Shown here piece after piece: positions 49,440-61,500 of a stretch of 64,000 nt of DNA. The stretch is from Squalus acanthias (lineage: Eukaryota): the NCBI GenBank assembly GCA_030390025.1, contig CM059438.1, positions 53,260,001-53,324,000 on the forward strand, written 5' to 3'. How positions within the stretch are numbered: position 1 is the stretch's first letter; each line of letters opens with the position of its first letter. Position numbers and translations under genes: made by a program. The notes beneath the pieces were generated by a model. It ran no database searches and was not told the DNA's origin. It saw only the letters and a program-made list of their open reading frames with translations.

Positions 49440-50933
49440 CTCCTCTCCTCTTCCCCCGGCCCCTCTCCTCTTCCCCCGGCCCCTCTCCTCTTCCCCCACT
49501 CCTTCTCATCCTCCCCTGCCCCCTCTCCTCTTCCCCCGGCCCCTCTCCTCTTCCCCCGGCCCCTCTCCTCTTCCCCCGCTCCTTCTCCTCCTCCCCCGCC
49601 CCCTCTCCTCTTCCCCCGGCCCCTCTCCTCTTTCCCCGGCCCCTCTCCTCTTCCCCCGCTCCTTCTCCTCCTCCCCCGCCCCCTCTCCTATAACCCCGCT
49701 CCTTCTCCTCCTCCCCCACCCCCTCTCCTCCTCTCCCGCCCCCTCTCCTCTTCCCCCCAAACCCTCTCCTCTTCCCCCGCTCCCTCTCCTCCTCCCCCAG
49801 CTCCCTCTCCTCTTCCCCCGCTCCCTCTCCTCTTCCCCCACCCCCTCTCCTCCTCCCCCAGCTCCCTCTCCTCCTCCCCCCACCCCCTCTCCTCCTCCCC
49901 ACCCCCTCTCCTCCTCCCCCGCCTCCTCTCCTCTTCCCCCAAACCCTCTCCTCTTCCCACGCTCCCTCTCCTCCTCCCCAGCTCCCTCTCCTCCTCCCCC
50001 AGCTCCCTCTCCTCTTCCCCCGCTCCCTCTCCTCTTCCCCCACCCCCTCTCCTCCTCCCCCAGTTCCCTCTCCTCCTCCCCCCACCCCCTCTCCTCCTCC
50101 CGCGCCTCCTCTCCTCTTCCCCCAAACCCTCTCCTCTTCCCACGCTCCCTCTCCTCCTCCCCAGCTCCCTCTCCTCCTCCCCCAGCTTCCTCTCCTCCTC
50201 CCCCCACCCCCTCTCCTCCTCCCCCGCCTCCTCTCCTCTTCCCCCGCCTCCTCTCCTCTTCCCCCAAACCCTATCCTCTTCCCCCACTCCCTGTCCTCTT
50301 CCCCCACTCCCTCTCCTCCTCCCTAGCTCCCTCTCCTCTCCCCCGCCCCCTCTCCTCCTCCCCCACCCCCTCTCATCCTCCCCACCCCCTCTCCTCCTCC
50401 CCCGCCCCCTCTCCTCCTCCCCCGCCCCCTTACCGCGCCCCCTCCCCCACTCCCCGCCCCCTCCCCACGGCCCCCTCTCCCCCTCCCCCACCCCCCTCTC
50501 CTCCTCGCCTCCCCCGCCCCCTCTCCTCCTCCCCCGCCCCCTCTCCTCCTCCCCCGCCCCCTCTCCCCCTTCCCCCTCTCCCCCTCCCCCTTCCCCCTCT
50601 CCCCCTCCCCCTCCCCCGCCCCCTCTCCCCTTCCCCCGCCCCCTCTCGCCCCTCTCCTACTCCCCCGCCCCCCTCTCCTCTTCCACCGCCCCCTTCACCC
50701 CCTTCCCGCGCCCCTTCCCCTCTCCCCCTCCCCTTGCCCCCTCTCCTACTCCCCCGCCCCCCTCTCCTCCTCCCCTGCCCCCTTCACCCCCTTCCCGCGC
50801 CCCTCCCCCTCCCCCCCGTCCCCTCCCCTTGCCCCCTCTCCTACTCCCCCGCCCCCTCTCCTCCTCCACTGCCCCCTTCACCCCCTTCCTGCGCCCCCTC
50901 CCCCTCTCCCCCTCCCCCTGCCCCCTCTCCTCC
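49440..50933. repeat. Polypyrimidine low-complexity repeat (CCCTCTCCTCYTCCCCCG-like)
   Basis: C/T-rich degenerate tandem array. Confidence 0.95.
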
Positions 50934-51213
50934 TAGAATGAGGATGTGAGAAGAGGTAGAATGGGATGTGAGGAGAGGTAGAATGGGATGTGAGGAGAGG
51001 TAGAATGGGATGTGAGGAGAGGTAGAATGGGATGTGAGGAGAGGTAGAATGGGATGTGTGAGGAGAGGTAGAATTCTTCTAACCTTCTTGTCTTCAACTC
51101 CCCACACCTTCGATCACTGACACTGTCCCAACTCCCCACACCTTCGATCACTGACACTGTCCCAACTCCCCACACCTTCGATCACTGACACTGTCCCAAC
51201 TCCCCACACCTTC
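50934..51213. repeat. Two short minisatellites (22-bp AGAATGGGATGTGAGGAGAGGT; 34-bp CAACTCCCCACACCTTCGATCACTGACACTGTCC)
   Basis: About 6 and about 3.5 copies. Confidence 0.9.
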
Positions 51214-51367
51214 AAGAGAGAGTCTCTCCTTGCCTTGAGATCCAGGTAAACTTTCAGTAATGTGACCAGTGAACAAACAGAAAACCTTGTCTGCTAATTG
51301 CCTTTGCAAACTGGACTTATCTAATCTAGTCTTTGAAAGTGGGAGAGAATCACAGCACACCTCACTT

Positions 51368-52132
51368 ACAACAACAACAACAACAACTTGTATTTATATA
51401 GCGCCTTTAATGTAGTAAAACGTCCCAAGACGCTTCACCGGTGTATTAAAAGATAAAAATTTGACATCGAGCTGCATAAGGATAAATTAGGGCAGGTGAC
51501 CAAAAGCTTGGTCAAAGAGGGAGGTTTTAAGGAGCGTCTTAAAGGAGGAAAGAGAGGTAGCGAGGTGGACAGGTTTAGGGAGGGAATTCCAGAGCTTAGG
51601 GCCTAGGCAACAGAAGGCACCGCCACCAATGGTGGAGCGATTATAATCAGGGATGCTCAAGAGGCCAGAATTAGAGGAGCACAGATATCTGGGGGGGTTG
51701 TGGGGCTGGAGGAGATTACAGAGATAGGGAGGGGCGAGGCCATGGAGGGATTTGAAAACGAGGATGAGAATTTTGAAATCGAGGCGCTGCTAAGCCAATG
51801 TAGGTCAGCGAGCACAGGGGTGATGGGCGAACGGGACTTGGTGCGAGTTAGGACACGGGCAGCCGAGTTTTGGATGACCTCAAGTTTACGTAGGGTGGAA
51901 TGTGGGAGGCCAGCCAGTTGGAATAGTCAAGTCTGGAGGTAACAAAGGCATAGATGAGGGTTTCAGCAGCGGATGAGCTGAGGCAAGGGCGGAGACGGGC
52001 GATGTTACGGAGGTGGAAGTAGGCGGTCTTTGTTATGCCGCGGAAATGTGGTCGGAAACTCATTTCAGGGTCAAATATGACACCAAGGTTGCGAATAGGT
52101 TGGTTCAGCCTCAGAAAGTTGCTAGGGAGAGG
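51368..52132 (-). mobile_element. L2 LINE 3' fragment
   Basis: (CAA)n tail on the plus strand; KTAYFHLRNIARLRP, AFVTSRLDYSN. Confidence 0.9.
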
Positions 52133-52691
52133 GATTACAGATTAAAATACAAAACAAATTTATCAATGGGGAAATGGATAATCTGACAGCGCTATAACAC
52201 AGTTATGTATATACAGCTGGAAGTCTCATATCTAACACAAGTATAATAAAAAGATTACAGCTGTAACAACTAATCCAATCTTTGATAAATTGCTTGTACT
52301 TAAACTCTGTGGTCCTGACAATCCACAGAGGTAGGATCCCGGTAGTTTGGCGAGGATTGTGCCCACTGTGCAACTCCACTGCTGACCAGGCCAAAGTTCA
52401 CAGGGTCAGGGGGCAGGACTTCCTGGAGCAGGCCGTGGGCAGTATGAGGGTGCATCTTAAATGCCCCCTCCCCACCTTCACCGCAGGCCAGAAAACTTTC
52501 CAAGAATAATTCCCCCCCCCCGCCCCCCCCCCCCCCCCCCCCCCTGCAGAGTCCAAGCCCAATTCCAGACCCGGACTCCCCGGTGGGGGCCACTTCTGCT
52601 CTTCAGGAGGATGTAGGGTCGCCAACTCTGATTGGATGTATTCCTGGAGGTTTCATCACATGACCTCTTGCTCCCATTGGTCACCTGCTCC

Positions 52692-54112
52692 ACCCCCCAG
52701 CCATCCGCCCCGCTCCCCCCCCAGCCATCCGCCCCGCTCCCCCCCCCAGCCATCCGCCCCGCTCCCCCCCCCAGCTATCCGCCCCGCTCCCCCCCCCAGC
52801 CATCCGCCCCGCTCCCCCCCAGCCATCCGCCCCGCTCCCCCCCAGCCATCCGCCCCGCTCCCCCCCAGCCATCCGCCCCGCTCCCCCCCCAGCCATCCGC
52901 CCCCCTCCCCCCCCAGCCATCCAACCCCCTCCCCCCCCAGCCATCCGCCCCGCTCCCCCCACAGCCATCCGCCCCCCTCCCCCCCAGCCATCCAACCCCC
53001 TCGCCCCCCAGCCATCCGCCCCGCTCCCCCCCAGCCATCCGCCCCGCTCCCCCCCCCAGCCATCCGCCCCGCTCCCCCCCGGCCATCCGCCCCGCTCCCC
53101 CCCCAGCTATCCGCCCCGCTCCCCCCCCCAGCCATCCGCCCCGCTCCCCCCCAGCCATCCGCCCCGCTCCCCCCCAGCCATCCGCCCCGCTCCCCCCCCA
53201 GCCATCCGCCCCGCTCCCCCCCCAGCCATCCGCCCCCCTCCCCCCCCAGCCATCCAACCCCCTCCCCCCCCAGCCATCCGCCCCGCTCCCCCCACAGCCA
53301 TCCGCCCCCCTCCCCCCCAGCCATCCAACCCCCTCGCCCCCCAGCCATCCGCCCCGCTCCCCCCCCAGCCATCCGCCCCGCTCCCCCCCCCAGCCATCCG
53401 CCCCGCTCCCCCCCCGGCCATCCGCCCCGCTCCCCCCCCAGCCATCCGCCCCTCCCCCCCCACAGCCATCCTACCCTCCCCCCCCACAGCCATCCTACCC
53501 TCCCCCCCCCCCACAGCCATCCGCCCCGCTCCCCCCCCAGCCATCCACCCCCCCTCCCCCCCAGCCATCCACCCCCCTCCCCCCGCCCCAGTCATCGGCC
53601 CCGCTCCCCCCCCCGTCATCGGCCCCGCTCCCCCCCCAGCCATCCGCCCCGCGCCCCCCCCCTCCGCCATCCGCCCCGCTCACCCGCCCCCCCCCAGCCA
53701 TCCGCCCCCCTCCCCCCCAGCCATCCGCCCCGCTCCCCCCCCCCCAGTCATCGGCCACGCTCCCCCCCAGCCACCCGCCCCCCTCCCCCCCAGCCATCCG
53801 CCCCGCTCCCCCCCCAGCCATCCACCCCAGCCATCCGCCCCGCTCCACCCCCCAGCCATCCGCCTTGCTCCCCCCCCAGCCATCCACTCCGCTCCCCCCC
53901 CCAGCCATCCGCTCCGCTCCCCCCCCCAGCCATCCACCCCCCTCCCCCCCCCCAGCCATCCGCCCCGCTCCATCCCCCAGCCATCCGCCCCGCTCCCCCC
54001 CCAGCCATCCACCCCCCTCCCCCCCCACCACCCATCCGCCCCACTCCCCCCCCAGCCATCCACCCCCCTCCCCCCCACCACCCATCCGCCCCACTCCCCC
54101 CCCAGCCATCCA
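52692..54112. repeat. C-rich minisatellite, ~24-bp unit CAGCCATCCGCCCCGCTCCCCCCC
   Basis: Tandem array with variable C runs. Confidence 0.95.
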
Positions 54113-54185
54113 CACAGGGCACCACATTCCTGCACCAATTGGAAAGTGAACAAACTTCATTACCCGATTACGATAGCAAAAAACC

Positions 54186-54890
54186 ACAGCGATGTACTTG
54201 TACTTCCTGCAATTTAGTATACTGTATTCGCCGCTAACGATGTGGTCTCCTCTACATTGGGGAGACCAAACGCAGATTGGGTGACCACTTTGCGGAACAC
54301 CTCCATTCAGTCCGTAAGGGGGACCCCGAGCTCCCGGTGGCCTGTCACTTTAATCTTCGCTTCACTCCCACTCTGACCTCACCGTCCTCGGCCTATTACA
54401 CTGTTCCACGGAAGCTCAGCGTAAGCTCGAGGAACAGCACCTCATGTTTCGTTTAGGCACCCTACAGCCCTCTGGACTCAACATCGAGTTCAACAATTTT
54501 AGATCATAACCTCAGCCCCCATCACATTTATATTTTATTTTTTCATCCACCCTTTTGTTTGGCCCCCCCTTTTTTTTCCCTCCCAGAAGCTGGCAGCTGT
54601 CCTTCATTCTGCCAGTGCATTTCACACTTCTTTTAGCCTCCACCTGTCACATCAACACCTCCTCTTGCCTTGATCATCTCTTAATGTCTCTCAATGTCTC
54701 TTAATCTCTCCTTTTGTTCTTTCATCCCCTCCCCCTTTTCCCAGCTTTATCCTTGCTTTAAATCTATTTCATTTCCTGCTTTTTTCCAGTTCTGACGAAA
54801 GGTTTTCGACCTGAATCGTTAACTCTGTTTCTCTCTCCACGGATGCTGCCTGGCCTGCTGAGTTTTTCCAGCGTTTTCTGTTGTTATTTA
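54186..54890 (+). mobile_element. Penelope-like element 3' remnant (GIY-YIG endonuclease and pseudo-LTR)
   Basis: TCTSCNLVYCIR...CGLLYIGETKRRLGDHFAEHL...PVACHFN...GTLQPSGLNIEF; hammerhead-like core at 54792-54820. Confidence 0.88.
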
Positions 54891-55379
54891 TCATTACCTG
54901 ATTGTATGATTCTTCACTGTGAAACAGCCTTTTGTACCCATCCCCAATATTTTTATAACTAATAAATAAAGGTGTTCAAAGAAATTGGGATTTTTCTCCC
55001 GGGTTTGCTGGCAGCGGTGTCCTGGAGATTAATCTTCAATTCCTGGAAACTCCAGGCCAATCCTGGAGGGTTGGCAACCCCAGAAGGATGGCTCACCTCA
55101 CCTCACTTGGCTTTCCAACACTTACACTGGGACCCCTTGAGGAAGAGGAAGTGGGACCACCCAGCTCAGCGACCCCCTGCCCTTTGCCCCACCCCCTCCG
55201 TGTCGGTGCCCCTGTTTGGATTGGCCCAGCGATTCCTGGGCCAGTGCTTTTACTTTAACTAGGAACTCCAAAATGTTCCCTCTCTCAGATCTTTCAGATC
55301 GTCCCATCTCGTGAGAGTTTTCAGACACCAACTGCCTTCTCTAAGAGAACTTCCAACTGCCCTGGTTCAAAACATCTTA

Positions 55380-55541
55380 TAGCTCACTTCCAGCCATCGA
55401 TCGCTTCAGCCCCGCCAGTGGCCACAGCCTCAGCCCTTCCCGTGGTGGCCAGCACTGTCTCCTCCATGGGGGTTCAAACATGCAGGCTCTTGTCCTCCTC
55501 CAGTTCTTCACTGCTGCCTGCTGTTATGCGCCACCTTCTCC
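55380..55541 (-). pseudogene. Harbinger Myb-gene exon-2 relic
   Basis: Pyrimidine tract and CAG acceptor followed by EKVAHNSRQQ*RTGGG, matching exon 2 at 30753 and 35910. Confidence 0.6.
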
Positions 55542-55571
55542 TGCAAGAAAGAGGGAAGTGTGTCAGTGACG

Positions 55572-58500
55572 GGGTGTAACGCGGGGCGCGGTCTAACGCG
55601 GGGCGCGGTCTAACGTGGGGCGCGGTGTAACGCGGGACACGGTGTAACGCGGGACACGGTGTAACAAGGGACACGGTGTAACACGGGGCGAAGTGTAACA
55701 CGGGGAGGGGTGAAACTAGGGGCATGGTGTAACGCGGGGCGGGGTTTAGGCGGGACATGGTGTAACGCGGGGCGGGGTGTAACGCGGGGCGGGGTGTAAC
55801 GCGGGGCGGGGTGTAACGCGGGGCACGGTGTAGTGCGGGGCGGGGTGTAACGCGGGACACGGTGTATCGCGGGACACGGTGTAACACGGGGCGAGGTGTA
55901 ACACGGGGAGGGGTGTAACTAGGGGCACGGTGTAACGCGGGGCGGGGTGTAACGCGGGGCATGGTGTAACACGGGGCGGGGTGTAACGCGGGGCGGGGTG
56001 TAACGCGGGGCGGGGTGTAACGCGGGGCGGGGTGTAGTGCGGGGCGGGGTGTAACGCGGGGCGGGGTGTAACGCGGGGCGGGGTGTAACACTGGGCACGG
56101 TGTAACACGGGGCACGGTGTAACACGAGGCGGGGTGTAACACGGGGCAGGGTGTAACACGGGGCGGGGTGTAACACGGGGCACGCTGTAACACGGGGCAC
56201 GCTGTAACACGGGGCGGGGTGTAACACAGGGCGGGGTGTAACACGGGGCGGGGTGTAATACGGGGCGGGGTGTAACACGGGGCACACTGTAACACGGGGC
56301 ACGCTGTAACACGGGGCACGCTGTAACACGCGGCGGGGTGCAACACGGGGCAAGGTGCAACACGGGGCACGGTGCAACACGGAGCGGGGTGCAACACGGG
56401 GCACGGTGCAACACGGGGCGGGGTGCAACACGGGGCAGGGTGCAACACGGGGCGGGGTGCAACACGGGGCACGGTGCAACACGGGGCACGGTGCAACACG
56501 GGGCACGGTGCAACACGGGGCGGGGTGCAACACGGGGCGGGGTGCAACACGGGGCGGGGTGTAACAGGGCGGGGTGTAACAGGGCGGGGTGTAACAGGGC
56601 GGGGTGTAACAGGGCACGGTGTAACAGGGCATGGGGTAACACGGGGCAGGGTGTAACACGGGGCACGGTGTAACACGGTGCACGGTGTAACACGGGGCGG
56701 GGTGTAACACGGTGTAACCCCGGGCGGGGTGTAACACGGGGCGGGGTGTAACGCGGGGCGGGGTGTAACACGGGGCGGGGTGTAACACGGGGCACGGTGT
56801 AACACGGGGCGGGGTGTAACACGGGACACGGTGTAACACGGGGCACGGTGTAACACGAGGCGGGGTGTAACACGGGACACGGTGTAACACGGGGCACGGT
56901 GTAACACGGGACACGGTGCAACACGGGGCACGGTGTAACACGGGGCACGGTGAAACACGGGGCGGGGTGTAACACGGGACACGGTGTAACACGGGGCGGG
57001 GTGTAACACGGGGCACGGTGTAACACGGGACACGGTGTAACACGTGACACGGTGTAACACGGGGCACGGTGTAACACGGGTCACGGTGTAACACGTGGCA
57101 CGGTGTAACACGGGGCACGGTGTAACACGGGGCGGGGTGTAACACGGGGCGGGGTGTAACACGGGACACGGTGTAACACGGGGCGGGGTGTAACACGGGA
57201 CACGGTGTAACACGGGGCGGGGTGCGGGGTGTAACACGGGGCACGGTGTAACACGGGACACTGTGTAACACGGGGCGGGGTGCGGGGTGTAACACGGGGC
57301 GGGGTGCGGGGTGTAACAGGGGGCGGGGTGTAACACGGGACACGGTGTAACACGGGGCACGGTGTAACACGGGCGGGGTGTAACACGGGACACGTTGTAA
57401 CCCGGGGCGGGGTGTAACACGGGACACGGTGTAACACGGGGCGGGGTGTAACACGGGGCATGGTGTAACATGGGGCGGGGTGTAACACGGGACACGGTGT
57501 AACACGGGGCACGGCTGTAACACGGGACACGGTGTAACACAGGGCGGGGTGCGGGGTGTAACACGGGGCACGGTGTAACACGGGACACGGTGTAACACGT
57601 GGCGGGGCACGGTGTAACACGGGGCACGATGCAACACGGGGCGGGGCACGGTGGGACACGGTGTAACACGGGGCGGGTTGCGGGGTGTAACACGGGGCAC
57701 GGTGTAACACGGGGTGGGGTGTAACACGGGGCGGGGTGTAACACGGGGCATGGTGTAACACGGGGTACGGTGTAACACGGGGCACGGTGTAACACGGGGC
57801 ACGGTGTAACACGGTGCGGGGTGTAACACGGGGCGGGGTGTAACACGGAGCACGCTGTAACACGGGGTACGGTGTAACACGGGGCGGGGTGTAACATGGG
57901 GCACGGTGTAACACGGGACACGGTGTAACATGGGACGGGGTGTAACACGGGACACGGTGTAACACGGGACACGTTGTAACACGGGGCGGGGTGTAACACG
58001 GGGCACGGTGTAACACGGGGCACGGTGTAACACGGGGTATGGTGTAACACGGGGCACGGTGTAACACGGGGCACGGTGTAACACGGGGCGGGGTGTAACG
58101 CGGTGCGGGGTGTAACACGGGGCGGGGTGTAACACGGGGCACGGTGTAACACGGGGCGGGGTGTAACACGGGGCACGGTGTAACACGGGGTACGGTGTAA
58201 CACGGGGCACGGTGTAACACGGGGTACGGTGTAACACGGGGCGGGGTGTAACACGGGACACGGTGTAACACGGGGCACGGTGTAACACGGGACACGGTGT
58301 AACACGGGACACGGTGTATCACGGGGCACAGTGTAACACGGGACACGGTGTATCACGCGACACGGTGTAACACGGGACACGGTGTATCACGGGGCACGGT
58401 GTAACACGGGACACGGTGTAACACGGGCAGGGTGTAACAGGGCGGGGTGTAACACGGGGCACGGTGTAACACGGGACACGGTGTAACACGGGGCGGGGTG

Positions 58501-61500
58501 TAACACGGGGCGGGGTGTAACACGGGGTACGGTGTAACACGGGGCGGGGTGTAACACGGGGCACGGTGTAACACGGGACACGGTGTAACACGGGGCGGGG
58601 TGTAACACGGGGCGGGGTGTAACACGGGGTACGGTGTAACACGGGGCGGGGTGTAACGCGGGACACGGTGTAACGCGGGGCACGGTGTAACACGGGGCGG
58701 GGTGTAACACGGGGTGGGGTGTAACACGGGGCGGGGTGTAACACGGGGCAGGGTGTAACACGGGGCGGGGTGTAACACGGGGCACGGTGTAACACGGGGC
58801 ACGGTGTAACACGGGGCGGGGTGTAACACGGGGCGGGGTGTAACACGGGGTACGGTGTAACACGGGGCAGGGTGTAACACAGGGCGGGGTGTAACACGGG
58901 GCACGGTGTAACACGGGGCACGGTGTAACACGGGGCGGGGTGTAACACAGGGCGGGGTGTAACACGGGGTACGGTGTAACACGGGGCGGGGTGTAACGCG
59001 GGGCGGGGTGTAACGCGGGGCGGGGTGTAACACGGGGCAGGGTGTAACACGGGGTACGGTGTAACACGGGGCAGGGTGTAACGCGGGGCGGGGTGTAACA
59101 CGGGGCGGGGTGTAACGCGGGGCACGGTGTAACAAGAGACACGGTGTAACACGGGGCGAGGTGTAACACGGGGAAGGGTTTAACGCGGGGCGGGGTGTAA
59201 CGCGGGGCGGGGTGTAACGCGGGGCGGGGTGTAACGCGGGGCACGGTGTAGCGCGGGGCGGGGTGTAACGCGGGGCGGGGTGTAATGCGGGGCGGGGTGT
59301 AACGCGGGCGGGGTGTAACACGGGGCGGGGTGTAACACGGGGCACGCTGTAACACGGGGCGGGGTGTAACACGGGGCGGGTTGTAACACGGGGCACGCTG
59401 TAACACGGGGCACGCTGTAACACGGGGCGGGGTGTAACACGGGGTGGGGTGTAACACGGGGTACGGTGTAACACGGGGCGGGGTGTAACGCGGGACACGG
59501 TGTAACGCGGGGCACGGTGTAACACGGGGCGGGGTGTAACACGGGGTGGGGTGTAACACGGGGCGGGGTGTAACACGGGGCAGGGTGTAACACGGGGCGG
59601 GGTGTAACACGGGGCGGGGTGTAACACGGGGTACGGTGTAACACGGGGCAGGGTGTAACACAGGGCGGGGTGTAACACGGGGCACGGTGTAACACGGGGC
59701 ACGCTGTAACACGGGGCGGGGTGTAACACAGGGCGGGGTGTAACACGGGGCGGGGTGTAATACGGGGCGGGGTGTAACACGGGGCACACTGTAACACGGG
59801 GCACGCTGTAACACGGGGCACGCTGTAACACGCGGCGGGGTGCAACACGGGGCAAGGTGCAACACGGGGCACGGTGCAACACGGAGCGGGGTGCAACACG
59901 GGGCACGGTGCAACACGGGGCGGGGTGCAACACGGGGCAGGGTGCAACACGGGGCGGGGTGCAACACGGGGCACGGTGCAACACGGGGCACGCTGCAACA
60001 CGGGGCACGGTGCAACACGGGGCGGGGTGCAACACGGGGCGGGGTGCAACACGGGGCGGGGTGTAACAGGGCGGGGTGTAACAGGGCGGGGTGTAACAGG
60101 GCGGGGTGTAACAGGGCACGGTGTAACAGGGCATGGGGTAACACGGGGCAGGGTGTAACACGGGGCACGGTGTAACACGGTGCACGGTGTAACACGGGGC
60201 GGGGTGTAACACGGTGTAACCCCGGGCGGGGTGTAACACGGGGCGGGGTGTAACGCGGGGCGGGGTGTAACACGGGGCGGGGTGTAACACGGGGCACGGT
60301 GTAACACGGGGCGGGGTGTAACACGGGACACGGTGTAACACGGGGCACGGTGTAACACGAGGCGGGGTGTAACACGGGACACGGTGTAACACGGGGCACG
60401 GTGTAACACGGGACACGGTGCAACACGGGGCACGGTGTAACACGGGGCACGGTGAAACACGGGGCGGGGTGTAACACGGGACACGGTGTAACACGGGGCG
60501 GGGTGTAACACGGGGCACGGTGTAACACGGGACACGGTGTAACACGTGACACGGTGTAACACGGGGCACGGTGTAACACGGGTCACGGTGTAACACGTGG
60601 CACGGTGTAACACGGGGCACGGTGTAACACGGGGCGGGGTGTAACACGGGGCGGGGTGTAACACGGGACACGGTGTAACACGGGGCGGGGTGTAACACGG
60701 GACACGGTGTAACACGGGGCGGGGTGCGGGGTGTAACACGGGGCACGGTGTAACACCGGACACTGTGTAACACGGGGCGGGGTGCGGGGTGTAACACGGG
60801 GCGGGGTGCGGGGTGTAACAGGGGGCGGGGTGTAACACGGGACACGGTGTAACACGGGGCACGGTGTAACACGGGCGGGGTGTAACACGGGACACGTTGT
60901 AACCCGGGGCGGGGTGTAACACGGGACACGGTGTAACACGGGGCGGGGTGTAACACGGGGCATGGTGTAACATGGGGCGGGGTGTAACACGGGACACGGT
61001 GTAACACGGGGCACGGCTGTAACACGGGACACGGTGTAACACGGGGCGGGGTGCGGGGTGTAACATGGGGCACGGTGTAACACGGGACACGGTGTAACAC
61101 GTGGCGGGGCACGGTGTAACACGGGGCACGATGCAACACGGGGCGGGGCACGGTGGGACACGGTGTAACACGGGGCGGGTTGCGGGGTGTAACACGGGGC
61201 ACGGTGTAACACGGGGTGGGGTGTAACACGGGGCGGGGTGTAACACGGGGCATGGTGTAACACGGGGTACGGTGTAACACGGGGCACGGTGTAACACGGG
61301 GCACGGTGTAACACGGTGCGGGGTGTAACACGGGGCGGGGTGTAACACGGAGCACGCTGTAACACGGGGTACGGTGTAACACGGGGTGGGGTGTAACATG
61401 GGGCACGGTGTAACACGGGACACGGTGTAACACGGGACGGGGTGTAACACGGGACACGGTGTAACACGGGACACGTTGTAACACGGGGCGGGGTGTAACA

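Larger units (their letters stand above)
52614..55082. mobile_element. hAT-like non-autonomous element, expanded by a minisatellite and a Penelope insert
   Basis: TIR TAGGGTCGCCAAC / GTTGGCAACCCCA; 8-bp TSD GGAGGATG / GAAGGATG (1 mismatch). Confidence 0.75.
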
